From Candidatus Chisholmbacteria bacterium RIFCSPHIGHO2_01_FULL_52_32 (GTDB taxonomy: Bacteria; Patescibacteriota; Microgenomatia; UBA1400; Chisholmbacteraceae), in contig MHCJ01000003.1 in assembly GCA_001816585.1 (NCBI GenBank), forward strand, positions 714,681 to 778,680: 64,000 nt of DNA, read 5' to 3'. Positions 36,679 through 45,749 of the stretch are shown one piece after another (the first letter of the stretch is position 1; each line of letters starts with the position of its first letter). Under the pieces are notes generated by a model. It was not told the origin of the DNA, ran no database searches, and saw only the letters and a list, made by a program, of their open reading frames with translations. The translations under genes and the position numbers were made by a program.

Positions 36679-37677
36679 TCACGTTTTTCGGAAGCGGTCT
36701 GAAGTATATATCTCTTCGACAATAATCCGCAGGATAAGGTACCCGGGTACTGCCAAAATAGCTCCTAAAACGCCCGCGAGTTTTACTCCAGTCATCAGGG
36801 CAATAATGGTCACCAGCGGTTTCACTCCTACGGCTTTCTGCATGACCTTCGGGACAATAATATTGTTCTCAAACTGTTGGACTAAGAAGAAGAGGGCGAC
36901 GGTTGCGAGGGCAGTTATCGGGGAGGCTGCAAGGGCAACCAACACGGCAGGAATCATAGAAACCGTGGGACCAATATTGGGTATAATCTCAAGAATCCCG
37001 GCAAGAATTGATAGCGGAAGAGCATAGTTGACCCCGAGTATCCGGAGGCCGACATAGGTGAAAAGCCCGATTAAGGCCATCAGTGTTAATTGCCCGCGCA
37101 CCCAGCTTCCGATTCCGTGTTCAAGCTTGTTTACGAATTCTTCCGCCTTTTCCTCCGTCCCGTCGTTTCCGAAGAGAAAGATCAAGTATCGATGGAGGTT
37201 TGCCCGTTCGGACAAAAGGTAGAAGGTCACCACCAAAAGCGTAAATACTGCAATAATGTTTGAGAACGCCCCGATGATAATGCGGGCGATATTTTTCGGA
37301 ATGGGCCCAAGTTGGTCGCTTAATACCCGCTGGTCAATCTTTAAGCCGCCTAGACTCTGGACGATCGCGGGGAATTGATCGATGAGGCTTTTCGTCTGAT
37401 CGACCAGTGGAGGGATAATCGCGGCGATAACCCCTGATAGGCCGATGACTATAATGATGAAAAGAAGCAAAATCGCCACCGGCCGCGGCAACCTTCTTTT
37501 TTCTAAAAAGGTCACTAAGGGGTTAAGCGCGAACATCAGGATTGAAGCAATGAGGATTGCTAAGAGGACTGCCCGAATGGAATACAGAAACCAGAGAAAC
37601 AACAGGAAGACAACCGTGAAGACTATCGTCCGATGGGAAACCTCAACCCGTGTTGGTATTATTGTCGGAGTTTTCAT
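36679..37677 (-). CDS. AI-2E family transporter (PerM-like)
   Basis: ALNPLV, WVRGQL, IPNIGP, QQFENNIIVPKVM. Confidence 0.9.
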   Translation of the reverse strand: MKTPTIIPTRVEVSHRTIVFTVVFLLFLWFLYSIRAVLLAILIASILMFALNPLVTFLEKRRLPRPVAILLLFIIIVIGLSGVIAAIIPPLVDQTKSLIDQFPAIVQSLGGLKIDQRVLSDQLGPIPKNIARIIIGAFSNIIAVFTLLVVTFYLLSERANLHRYLIFLFGNDGTEEKAEEFVNKLEHGIGSWVRGQLTLMALIGLFTYVGLRILGVNYALPLSILAGILEIIPNIGPTVSMIPAVLVALAASPITALATVALFFLVQQFENNIIVPKVMQKAVGVKPLVTIIALMTGVKLAGVLGAILAVPGYLILRIIVEEIYTSDRFRKT

Positions 37678-38672
37678 CGTATTATGAGTTTACTATACCA
37701 TTCCCGTACCAGGCCCACAACTCTCTTTTGCCAATTCGTTTCGGTGATGTCATACCATCTGACCGCTTGATCTTTTTTAAACCAGGTAAGCTGCCGGCGT
37801 GCATAATCATGTTCATCGAATTTCCAGCGTCTGGCTACTTCTTCCCTTGTTGTCGTGCCCTCGAAATATGGTTTCCAGTGCCGGTATCCCATCCCCGACA
37901 TGGAGATCAAATCGAATGTATAGCCCTGTTTAATTAATTGTCTTACCTCATTTTTTGCGCCTTGTTTTATTCTTACGTCCACCCGTTCGCCGATTCGTTT
38001 ATCAAGAAGCGGCTTTGGGGCTTTCAATCCGATTTTGAGGATTGAGGTTTCCGCAAGCAGCGTTTCTTTCTCACCTCCCGCAAGCGTCTTGTTTACTTTT
38101 GTGTTGTTTCGCGCCAATTCTATAGCCCTGACGAGACGCCTTTTGTTCTGTTTGTCCGAATTGTTCATTCTATTAAAGTGTTCTTTGTCGAGATTTATCA
38201 GTCTGTGTTGAAGTTCAGTGACCGATTCTTGCTCCACCGACCTCCTCAACTTTTTATCCGGAGGAATATGGAGTGTTATCAAGGGTTCTGTGACTGCCTT
38301 CAGGTACAGGCCGGTCCCGCCGACCAAGACCGGGAGTTTGCCCTGCCTCCAAGTATTTTTTATCACCATCCAGGCAATCTCTTCAAAAAACGCTGCATTG
38401 AATACTTCATCCGGTTTTACGAGATCATAACCCCAAATTCTCACCCCACCGACTGAATAGTACCTGATCGGTTTCCCTCTCCACATGAGTTTTGAGGTTT
38501 GGGGTTTCAGATTTTTTGGGAGATCTTTCCCGGTACCAAGATCCATGCCGATATATACCTGCCTGGAGTCTGCCGAAATAAGTTCCCCATTGAATTTGTT
38601 TGCCAGGGTTAGAGCCAGGGAGGTTTTTCCGGTTGCGGTGGGACCGGCGATGATAAGAAGCTTACGGTTCAT
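37674..38672 (-). CDS. miaA: tRNA dimethylallyltransferase
   Basis: GPTATGKT, SADSRQVY, VGGTGLY, YARRQLTWF. Confidence 0.95.
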   Translation of the reverse strand: MNRKLLIIAGPTATGKTSLALTLANKFNGELISADSRQVYIGMDLGTGKDLPKNLKPQTSKLMWRGKPIRYYSVGGVRIWGYDLVKPDEVFNAAFFEEIAWMVIKNTWRQGKLPVLVGGTGLYLKAVTEPLITLHIPPDKKLRRSVEQESVTELQHRLINLDKEHFNRMNNSDKQNKRRLVRAIELARNNTKVNKTLAGGEKETLLAETSILKIGLKAPKPLLDKRIGERVDVRIKQGAKNEVRQLIKQGYTFDLISMSGMGYRHWKPYFEGTTTREEVARRWKFDEHDYARRQLTWFKKDQAVRWYDITETNWQKRVVGLVREWYSKLIIR

Positions 38673-39835
38673 TTCACTATTTTGGGCCTGATGTTGAGGT
38701 TTTTCTTATTGATGATCTCATCCAAGATATTCCAGCGGCGGTCTTTCTCTTTGAGGGAAATACCGTCATGGTAAATCCTAAAGGATGCGGTGCCGGGGCG
38801 GGGAGAGTACCGGGCAACGAACGCGATTTTCCAACCCATCGTATTGGCAAGGCTGACTGTTTCTTGGAAATCTGTTTCTGTTTCACCCGGAAAGCCAACG
38901 ATGATATCGGTGCCAATGGCTACATCGGGAACCTTTTTGCGTAATTTTTGTACCAGATTAATATAATCTTCCTTGGTATATCCGCGATTCATTAACTTGA
39001 GTATCTTATTGCTTCCGGATTGGATTGGTAGATGGATGTATCGGTCTATTTTATTATTTCGAGCTATTTCGGCAATAAGCTCATCGTGGAAGTCCCAGGG
39101 GTTACTGGTCAGGAAACGAATCTTCTCAATACCTTTTATTTTTGCGATTCTCCGGATGAGTTTGACGAACGGCGGGGTGCCGTTGGGACGGAGATACTGG
39201 CTTTGGTTGGAGGGAAGGTCTTCTCTTTTGAACTTCTTATCCTTATCCATGAGAAGTTTTCGGAAGCCGATACCGACCTTCTCAAGACCCCAGGAGTTAA
39301 CATTCATCCCGAGGAGTGTCACTTCCCGATATCCCTCTCGAGCCAATTTTTTCACTTCACTGATAATCTCATGCATCGGTCGAGACTTTTCACGTCCCCG
39401 AGAATAGGGCACGATGCAGAAGGTGCAGAACGAATTACATCCGGTGGAAATCGGCACCCAGGCGTGGTATGTGTCCCGACGAACCGCTTGAGAATTGAAC
39501 CCTACTTCTCCGATTGGCAAAATCTCATCGATCATCGGAAACATCTCATAGATTTTACGGTCTCCGTGGTGCGTCATGCAACCCGTTAGGATAAGTTTCG
39601 CATGAGGTAACTTTAATTCGCTAAAGTATGTTTTGACATTCAAAAGAAAACCATTGGCCCGATCTTCAGCACTCTGGCGGACGGCACAGGTGTTCACCAC
39701 GATTTCATGGGCTTCCTTCCAGGAATGTGCTTCTTTATAGCCCCGTGCCTGGTAGTCTCCGGCAATCCGTTCAGAGTCGGATTTATTCATTTGACATCCA
39801 AATGTCTTAATAAAATAAGTCTTGTGGTATTTCAT
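38669..39835 (-). CDS. miaB: tRNA methylthiotransferase MiaB-like (no TRAM domain)
   Basis: TFGCQMN, NTCAVR, TGC, CNSFCTFC, HLPIQSGS, DIIVGFPGET. Confidence 0.9.
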   Translation of the reverse strand: MKYHKTYFIKTFGCQMNKSDSERIAGDYQARGYKEAHSWKEAHEIVVNTCAVRQSAEDRANGFLLNVKTYFSELKLPHAKLILTGCMTHHGDRKIYEMFPMIDEILPIGEVGFNSQAVRRDTYHAWVPISTGCNSFCTFCIVPYSRGREKSRPMHEIISEVKKLAREGYREVTLLGMNVNSWGLEKVGIGFRKLLMDKDKKFKREDLPSNQSQYLRPNGTPPFVKLIRRIAKIKGIEKIRFLTSNPWDFHDELIAEIARNNKIDRYIHLPIQSGSNKILKLMNRGYTKEDYINLVQKLRKKVPDVAIGTDIIVGFPGETETDFQETVSLANTMGWKIAFVARYSPRPGTASFRIYHDGISLKEKDRRWNILDEIINKKNLNIRPKIVK

Positions 39836-39848
39836 ACATTTAAATCTG

Positions 39849-39923
39849 CCTGCCCGTCCGAAGCTTACGATTTGCGAAACGGCTGAAAAAGCAGTCTGCG
39901 CAAAGTCGATAAGCGTAGGCGGG
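39849..39923. repeat. REP-like long hairpin family B, copy 2
   Basis: CCTGCCCGTCCGAAGC..GAAACGGCTGAAAAAGCAGTCTG..GCGTAGGCGGG. Confidence 0.75.
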
Positions 39924-40017
39924 GCAGCCGAAGGTTTTGATGAAGTATGTTTTCACTCCGATTTTCATTGGCGCTGCGTTGTTAGTCTGCATTCGAGTCT
40001 ATTTTACCAGATCAGGA

Positions 40018-40797
40018 TCAACTCGAGGCGGAGGAATATTGGGTTAAGGCATAGTGCCAGAGTTTGAGGGAAAGCCAGAAGATAACCAGTGAGAAGATGA
40101 TGGAGAAGAGAATCCATTTCAAGGATAAGAGGGCAAGCAATGCTTTCGCCGGAAAGGTAAAAACAAGGGCTATGGGAATGACGAAGGTGAGGATGGCGCG
40201 GATGGCATCGGTGTAAATGTCGATGGGGAACCTGGCCATAGTGGTAAGATCCCGATAAATCATGATTGTATGATCGACTTCTGTGGTGATAACACCTAAG
40301 GCTGCCACAAAAATATGGAAGGCTGTTACTAAGATTATCCCGCTGATACTTACCACTGCAAAGGCGAAGAGGTTTATGAGCGGAAGAGCAACGATATACT
40401 TTCCCAACACTGCAATGACAATAAAAAACAGCGGGAGATCGAGAAAATCGGTATGGACTGTGAGGATTTGGACCAGTGGGTTTATCGGTTTTATCAAATT
40501 AAAGTCGAAATTTCCGGAAACCACGTCCTCCCTAAACCAGTAGATTCCTCGGAAGAATAATTGGCCGAAGAGATCAAAAACATTGAACACCAAGAAGAAA
40601 AGTATTAATTGGCTGAGGGTGTATCCGGCAACCTTTTCAATTCGATCTTCCAGGATGATCAAAAACCAGATGAAGAAGAAAAAACGTATCAGCTTCCCGG
40701 CGATGAATATTGCCGATGCCCCACGGGTTGAGATGACCGCTTGAAAGGAAAGGCCTGATGTTTTAAACCAAAAAATGAGATACTTTTTCCAGTTCAT
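40018..40797 (-). CDS. ABC-2 type permease (DUF990-like)
   Basis: SGNFDFNLIKP, ARFPIDIY, C-terminal YSSASS. Confidence 0.88.
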   Translation of the reverse strand: MNWKKYLIFWFKTSGLSFQAVISTRGASAIFIAGKLIRFFFFIWFLIILEDRIEKVAGYTLSQLILFFLVFNVFDLFGQLFFRGIYWFREDVVSGNFDFNLIKPINPLVQILTVHTDFLDLPLFFIVIAVLGKYIVALPLINLFAFAVVSISGIILVTAFHIFVAALGVITTEVDHTIMIYRDLTTMARFPIDIYTDAIRAILTFVIPIALVFTFPAKALLALLSLKWILFSIIFSLVIFWLSLKLWHYALTQYSSASS

Positions 40798-40815
40798 TGA
40801 TCGTTCCTTCAATGG

Positions 40816-41622
40816 TCATCTTCCATACGCGCCGTACACCTTCAAACCCTTCCGCCAGACAAACTGAGAAAGTTCAGCAAGAATGAGTACCCATACCACC
40901 ATGATTGCCAATGTGCCTGCCGTCTGTTGAGCATTCAAACGGCCCAGATAGATTTGCATCGGGTAAAAGAGGAAGTACGCCGGAGGCAGCAGGCGAACTA
41001 CGTTGTAGGCAGCGGGAGGAAGGATGTCAAGCGGGAACAAACCGCCCGAGAAGAATTCTATTATTACCATGGAGAGAAATCTCAAGGGCCAGCCGGAATA
41101 CTCCACATACCAGAACGTGACTGAACTTACCAGAAAGCTCAGGAAAAAATAGATCAGCATTGCCAGAATGCCGGCAATAGTAAACGCCAATACCTGCATC
41201 GGTTGATTTTGTATGAATACTGTCGGTTTGAGCAGATAAAAAAGCACGATCAGCTCCCCTATCACGAAGATGAGATTCAATGCCTTATCAGCCAGATCAC
41301 GAGATAACCAGTTGGCAAAATAGTTCACCGGTTTCACCAGGTAGTTATTGAGATCTCCCTTGGCGATTTCGGAAGCAGCATCCACGCTTCGTGATCCAAG
41401 AACAAAGGATCGCAGGATTGACGTCCCTAAAATATAGGTTAAGATCATCGGCTGGTCATAGCCAAACGCCGTTCCCCCTCTTTTGAAGATTGCCACCCAG
41501 AGAAAGTAGACGGCCAAAAGCTGCAGCACCGAGCGCACGCGCCACATGATGAAGTTTAAGCGGTAGACGAAGCTGTCCATCCAGCTTATTTTGGCAATGG
41601 CTATGTACTTCTTCAGCCTCAT
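40816..41622 (-). CDS. ABC-2 type permease (DUF990-like)
   Basis: GDLNNYLVKP, SGGLFPLDILP, C-terminal YGAYG. Confidence 0.88.
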   Translation of the reverse strand: MRLKKYIAIAKISWMDSFVYRLNFIMWRVRSVLQLLAVYFLWVAIFKRGGTAFGYDQPMILTYILGTSILRSFVLGSRSVDAASEIAKGDLNNYLVKPVNYFANWLSRDLADKALNLIFVIGELIVLFYLLKPTVFIQNQPMQVLAFTIAGILAMLIYFFLSFLVSSVTFWYVEYSGWPLRFLSMVIIEFFSGGLFPLDILPPAAYNVVRLLPPAYFLFYPMQIYLGRLNAQQTAGTLAIMVVWVLILAELSQFVWRKGLKVYGAYGR

Positions 41623-42623
41623 TTCGGTTTTTGGAAAGGTTTCATCCTACCGGTGAAGACCTCGCGGATGATCGCTTCAATCGGTGGCTCTTCGATCACT
41701 ACGTCTGCAACAGGGAATTCTTCGAGAAGTTTCGCAGCCTTTTTGGCGGCCTCCGTTCTCGGAACTGTCAACTGTGCTTTCGGAAACTCGTACTCGCGAA
41801 TGTTTCCGAATTCCGCCAATTTCCTCTGATCGATGCTGCTTGAAAATACCACGGTGATGATTTTCTCGCGCGCAAATCGGTTGACAACTTCCTGCAGCTT
41901 CCCGTCATAGAGGATGGTCCCTTCATTGATGATAATGACCCGCTCACACAGCTCCCGTACATCATCCATGTAGTGGCTTGTCAAGATGATGGTCGCCTTG
42001 AATTCCCGATTGTATTCCTTAATGAAATCGCGCATCACCTTTTGCATGACGACATCGAGTCCGATAGTTGGCTCATCCAGGAAGAGGACTTTGGGACTAT
42101 GGAGGAGGGCTGCGATAAGTTCGCATTTCATCCGTTGTCCCAACGATAGTTTTCTTACTTGCGTTTTTAAAATGCCGCCCACATCGAGAAGTCTGACCAA
42201 ACGCTTGAGCGTCTGTTGAAATTGTCCATCGGGGACCTCATAGATTTCCTTATTCAAGGTGAATGTTTCCATCGGCGGCAAGTCCCACCACAGCTGATTC
42301 TTCTGGCCCATGACCAGTCCGAATTGTTTTTGAAATTCCGGCCGCCTCTCCCATGGAATGAACCCGAGCACCCTGGCTTCACCGGAAGTCGGATAGAGAA
42401 GTCCTGACAGGCATTTCAGCGTCGTTGTCTTTCCGGCCCCGTTCGGGCCGATAAAACCCACGAGTTCCCCTTCTCTAATCGTGAAGTCAATATTATTTAT
42501 TGCCTGTACCTCTTCGTATTTCCGTGCGATGAGGGATTTGAAAGACCCGACGAGGCCCGTTTCCTTCTGCAAAACTTTGAAGTACTTTTTCAAATGGCGC
42601 ACTTCAATCGCGTTTTTCCCCAT
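41619..42623 (-). CDS. ABC transporter ATP-binding protein
   Basis: GPNGAGKTT, LSLGQ, LFLDEPT, TSH. Confidence 0.93.
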   Translation of the reverse strand: MGKNAIEVRHLKKYFKVLQKETGLVGSFKSLIARKYEEVQAINNIDFTIREGELVGFIGPNGAGKTTTLKCLSGLLYPTSGEARVLGFIPWERRPEFQKQFGLVMGQKNQLWWDLPPMETFTLNKEIYEVPDGQFQQTLKRLVRLLDVGGILKTQVRKLSLGQRMKCELIAALLHSPKVLFLDEPTIGLDVVMQKVMRDFIKEYNREFKATIILTSHYMDDVRELCERVIIINEGTILYDGKLQEVVNRFAREKIITVVFSSSIDQRKLAEFGNIREYEFPKAQLTVPRTEAAKKAAKLLEEFPVADVVIEEPPIEAIIREVFTGRMKPFQKPK

Positions 42624-42716
42624 GAAGTTTATTCTACCATGAAGCTTGACGGACTTTGGGGATGCAGGGAGAGACAGAAAGGAGGGTTAGAGGAGCTTTG
42701 AAGGTTTGGGGGGGTT

Positions 42717-42760
42717 CCCCAGTGAGATAGGCAAGCCATCTCACGGGGTCAGAGAGAAGT
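42717..42760. repeat. REP-like hairpin family A, copy 2
   Basis: CCCCAGTGAGATA-GGC aa GCC-ATCTCACGGGG-TCAG. Confidence 0.85.
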
Positions 42761-42810
42761 TAAGGGTGATTAAGGGTAGTTAAGGGTCAATAAGGGTGAC
42801 TAAGGGTGTG
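42761..42810. repeat. Decamer tandem repeat (TAAGGGTNNN)x5
   Basis: taagggtgat taagggtagt taagggtcaa taagggtgac taagggtgtg. Confidence 0.85.
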
Positions 42811-42836
42811 GAGGAAGGATTCCACAAAGGGGGGGC

Positions 42837-43112
42837 TCACCACACGGCTTTTCTGAGTGGTTTTCCCGGACGGAAGTTGACGACGCGGTGGGATTTAATG
42901 GTTGTCCGGCGCTCCTCTTGGCCGAAGGGAACAATTGTTTTGTCCGCAACTTTTGAGAGGTAAAACGTGCCGAATCCCGAAAGCACCACTCGTTCCCCTT
43001 TCTTGATCGCTTTGGACATTTCCTCAAGCAATACATCAATTGACTCAGCCGCAGCTTTCTTTGTCAAATGGCCTTTCTTGGAAACGATGTCGACGAACTC
43101 TTTTTTCGTCAT
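42837..43112 (-). CDS. hup: HU family DNA-binding protein
   Basis: MTKKEFV..., VVLSGFGTF, VNFRPGKPLR. Confidence 0.9.
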   Translation of the reverse strand: MTKKEFVDIVSKKGHLTKKAAAESIDVLLEEMSKAIKKGERVVLSGFGTFYLSKVADKTIVPFGQEERRTTIKSHRVVNFRPGKPLRKAVW

Positions 43113-43257
43113 GGCGCTCCTGACAGATTAGTAATAAAAAACTAAAAGAATACGGAGAACAGTAATAATTTTCTCAAACAGAAATCATGAGTATAGTATT
43201 CACTTTTAACCTATACATCAAGCTAAACTGCAAGTCAATGGGGGAATGGGAAGAGCA

Positions 43258-43375
43258 TTAGCGTTTAGCGTCTAGGGTTTAGGGTATAGGGTATAGAGAG
43301 AGGAGGAGAGAGGGGGAGGTTAGAGGATATTAGAGGAGGGAGGTTAAGGGTCGATAAGGGTGACTAAGGGTGTGG
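43258..43375. repeat. Heptamer and decamer purine-rich repeats
   Basis: ttagcgt ttagcgt ctagggt ttagggt atagggt; ttagaggata ttagagg; taagggtcga taagggtgac taagggtgtg. Confidence 0.8.
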
Positions 43376-43406
43376 AGAGAAGGGTTCCGCAAAACGGGGT
43401 CGCGGC

Positions 43407-44921
43407 TCACTTTGCAACGTCGGTGGCTCTGATTTCGCGGATCACCGTGACTTTTACTGTTCCCGGATATGTCATCTCTTTTTCAATTTTCTCCCGCAGG
43501 TCATGGGCAAGTTTTTCGACTGCTGCGTCTGATATTTGCTCCGGATTGACGATAACCCGCACTTCGCGACCCGCTTGAATGGCGTAGGCTTCCGTGACCC
43601 CCGGGAAAGAGGTCGCAAATTCTTCAAGCTTCTTTAAGCGTTTTACGTATTCTTCGTAGTCCTCGTAGCGTGCGCCCGGTCGACTTCCTGAGATGGCATC
43701 TGCAATATAGACGAGGGCGGCCTCTTTCGTTGAAATTGGCTGATCTTCGTGGTGTTGGGCGACACAATCCAACACACCTTGGGGGATTTGAAATCGAGTA
43801 AGGAATTTGACCCCGAGTTCAACATGGCTGCCTTCTTCGTCCGTGATCACCTTTCCAATATCGTGGAGGAGGCAACCCAAGCGAACCGTATCAACGTTTG
43901 CTCCTACTTCATGGGCAAGGGCTATGCCCAGTTTCGTCTCTTCTAATGTATGAACAATCATGTTTTGTCCATATGAGAAGCGGTACTTGAAACGGCCTAA
44001 CATCTGCATGATTTCCCTGGGAAGATTGAAGACGCTGACGGCATGGCAAAGTTGTTTTCCTGCCTCAAATGTTTCGCGTTCGATCTCGCTCTTGGCTTTG
44101 GCAACGAACTCTTCAATTCTTGATGGCTGAATTCGGCCGTCGACAATGAGATGCCTCAAGGAAACTTTTGCGACTTCTCTTCTTATGGGGTCAAAACTCG
44201 AAAGTCGAACTTCTCCCGGAGTTTCATCAAGATCAACATCAACTCCGGTTGCATGTTCAAAGGCTCGGATGTTGCGCCCCTCTTTCCCGATGATTCTGCC
44301 TTTCATCTCTTCATCGGGCAGTTTGACTGTCGAAACGGTATACTCTGCAACATAGTCTGTTGCGGCATGCCGCATGGCATCTACCAGAATCTCCCGTGCT
44401 TTTTCTACCGCTTCTTCTTTCGCTTTCTCTTCGGATTCTCTGATGAGTTTGGCTGATTCTTCCGCGAGCTCTTTCTGAAGTTCGTCAAGTAATTCCTGCC
44501 TGGCTTTGTCCTTTGGTAACCTTGCGATTTCTTCAAGTTTAATAAGCTTCTGTTCTTTTATGCGTTCAAGTTCCTGCAACCGGTCTTGGATCTTTGTTTT
44601 TGCCAGTTCGGCTTCCGCTTGTTGTTTTTGGATTACCGCCTGTCTTTCTTCGAGGGACGCTTCTGTTCGTGTCAGATGTTCTTGGAGCTTTGCCAATTCT
44701 TCCCGAAGAACCCTGGCTTTCTCTTCCGCTTCGTGGCGGATCCGCAATGCCTCATCTTTCGCGTCAATGATAATCTCTCTGGCCCTTGCCTCTGCCAACG
44801 AAAGTTCCCGTCTATCTTCCCGTTTCTCTCTTGGAAGCTCCGGTTTTACCTCCGGCTTTACTCTTTGCGCTTGTGGCACTTTGGGACTGAAGACCTTACT
44901 AAATGTCGTAAAAAGATCCAT
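43407..44921 (-). CDS. rny: Ribonuclease Y (no N-terminal TM anchor evident)
   Basis: Coiled coil, KH MKGRIIGKEGRNIR, HD LLHDIGK, DAISGSRPGAR, AIQAGREVRV; GGAGG SD before MDLF. Confidence 0.95.
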   Translation of the reverse strand: MDLFTTFSKVFSPKVPQAQRVKPEVKPELPREKREDRRELSLAEARAREIIIDAKDEALRIRHEAEEKARVLREELAKLQEHLTRTEASLEERQAVIQKQQAEAELAKTKIQDRLQELERIKEQKLIKLEEIARLPKDKARQELLDELQKELAEESAKLIRESEEKAKEEAVEKAREILVDAMRHAATDYVAEYTVSTVKLPDEEMKGRIIGKEGRNIRAFEHATGVDVDLDETPGEVRLSSFDPIRREVAKVSLRHLIVDGRIQPSRIEEFVAKAKSEIERETFEAGKQLCHAVSVFNLPREIMQMLGRFKYRFSYGQNMIVHTLEETKLGIALAHEVGANVDTVRLGCLLHDIGKVITDEEGSHVELGVKFLTRFQIPQGVLDCVAQHHEDQPISTKEAALVYIADAISGSRPGARYEDYEEYVKRLKKLEEFATSFPGVTEAYAIQAGREVRVIVNPEQISDAAVEKLAHDLREKIEKEMTYPGTVKVTVIREIRATDVAK

Positions 44922-44951
44922 AGATTCCTCCACATTCAAAATCTGTAAACA

Positions 44952-45096
44952 TCACACGAATCGCATTGGTGGAATTTAGCCTAAGAAAGTTATCTCGGGC
45001 CTTTGGTCGGAGAAAGCAGAAGTCTTGGCTTCATTCTGATTCGGCTTTGCATCTTACCTTCAATCGTTATTATTCCACGCACATCGTTTCGTGTGA
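44952..45096 (-). ncRNA. Long irregular hairpin RNA, 6S-like or rny leader
   Basis: Terminal arms TCACACGAA/TTCGTGTGA and GTGGAAT/ATTCCAC; begins right after a consensus promoter. Confidence 0.55.
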
Positions 45097-45100
45097 GGCT

Positions 45101-45129
45101 ATTTTACTCCTACGGGAGAAGTTCGTCAA
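45101..45129 (-). promoter_or_regulatory. sigma70-type promoter overlapping the recX 3' end
   Basis: TTGACG-17 nt-TAAAAT. Confidence 0.7.
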
Positions 45130-45742
45130 CGACGGCGCGGATTGTTTCCCAGTTAAATCCCCGCCTGCCTAAGAAATTTCCCAGTTTTAGCCTGGCCTTG
45201 GTGCGATTTTCCTGTCTTAAACTTTTTACCTTTTTCTCTGCGATGAGACGGACGTTCTCCACATCGCTTGTTTCGGAGAGTACTTCCTGGATTATCTCTT
45301 CCTCAATTCCTTTTCGCCTTAGTTCTGAGGCGATTGCCCGTTTGCTTTTCTGACGAAATTCACGTCTTTGATCCACCCACCAGACTGCGAAGTCGTGGTC
45401 ATTAAGTAGGTTTTTTTCTTTGAGCTTGGTTATCAGTTCGTTTATTATCTTTGTTCGCTCCGGGGTCTCGGACACCCTTTTCCAAAACCTCTGGAAATGG
45501 TCCCGTACTTCTTTTGCCGATCGTGGTCTAAAGGAGAGAAAATGGAGCGCCCGATTAAAGAGCTTGGCTGATTCACTTTCCTTCTTTAATTTTGTAAGCA
45601 AAGGTCCGGAAACGTCGGTTCCCACTTTGAGTCCAAGCTTCGTCACTACCACAAGATCCAGACTCGTTTCGAAGTGTCCGTCAACAAAGATATTTACATA
45701 GTTTGGATTTCTTTGGGCCTTTAGCTTCGTGATCCGCGGCAT
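45110..45742 (-). CDS. recX: Regulatory protein RecX
   Basis: LSFRPRS.KE, LLNDHDFA, ELRRKGI, LGRRGF; follows recA. Confidence 0.9.
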   Translation of the reverse strand: MPRITKLKAQRNPNYVNIFVDGHFETSLDLVVVTKLGLKVGTDVSGPLLTKLKKESESAKLFNRALHFLSFRPRSAKEVRDHFQRFWKRVSETPERTKIINELITKLKEKNLLNDHDFAVWWVDQRREFRQKSKRAIASELRRKGIEEEIIQEVLSETSDVENVRLIAEKKVKSLRQENRTKARLKLGNFLGRRGFNWETIRAVVDELLP

Positions 45743-45749
45743 GCTCGAG

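Noticed and set aside
42761-43375. CRISPR array
   Set aside because: Units are 7-10 nt with no unique spacers, and there are no cas1/cas2 genes; the Cas4-like gene at 49371 stands alone.
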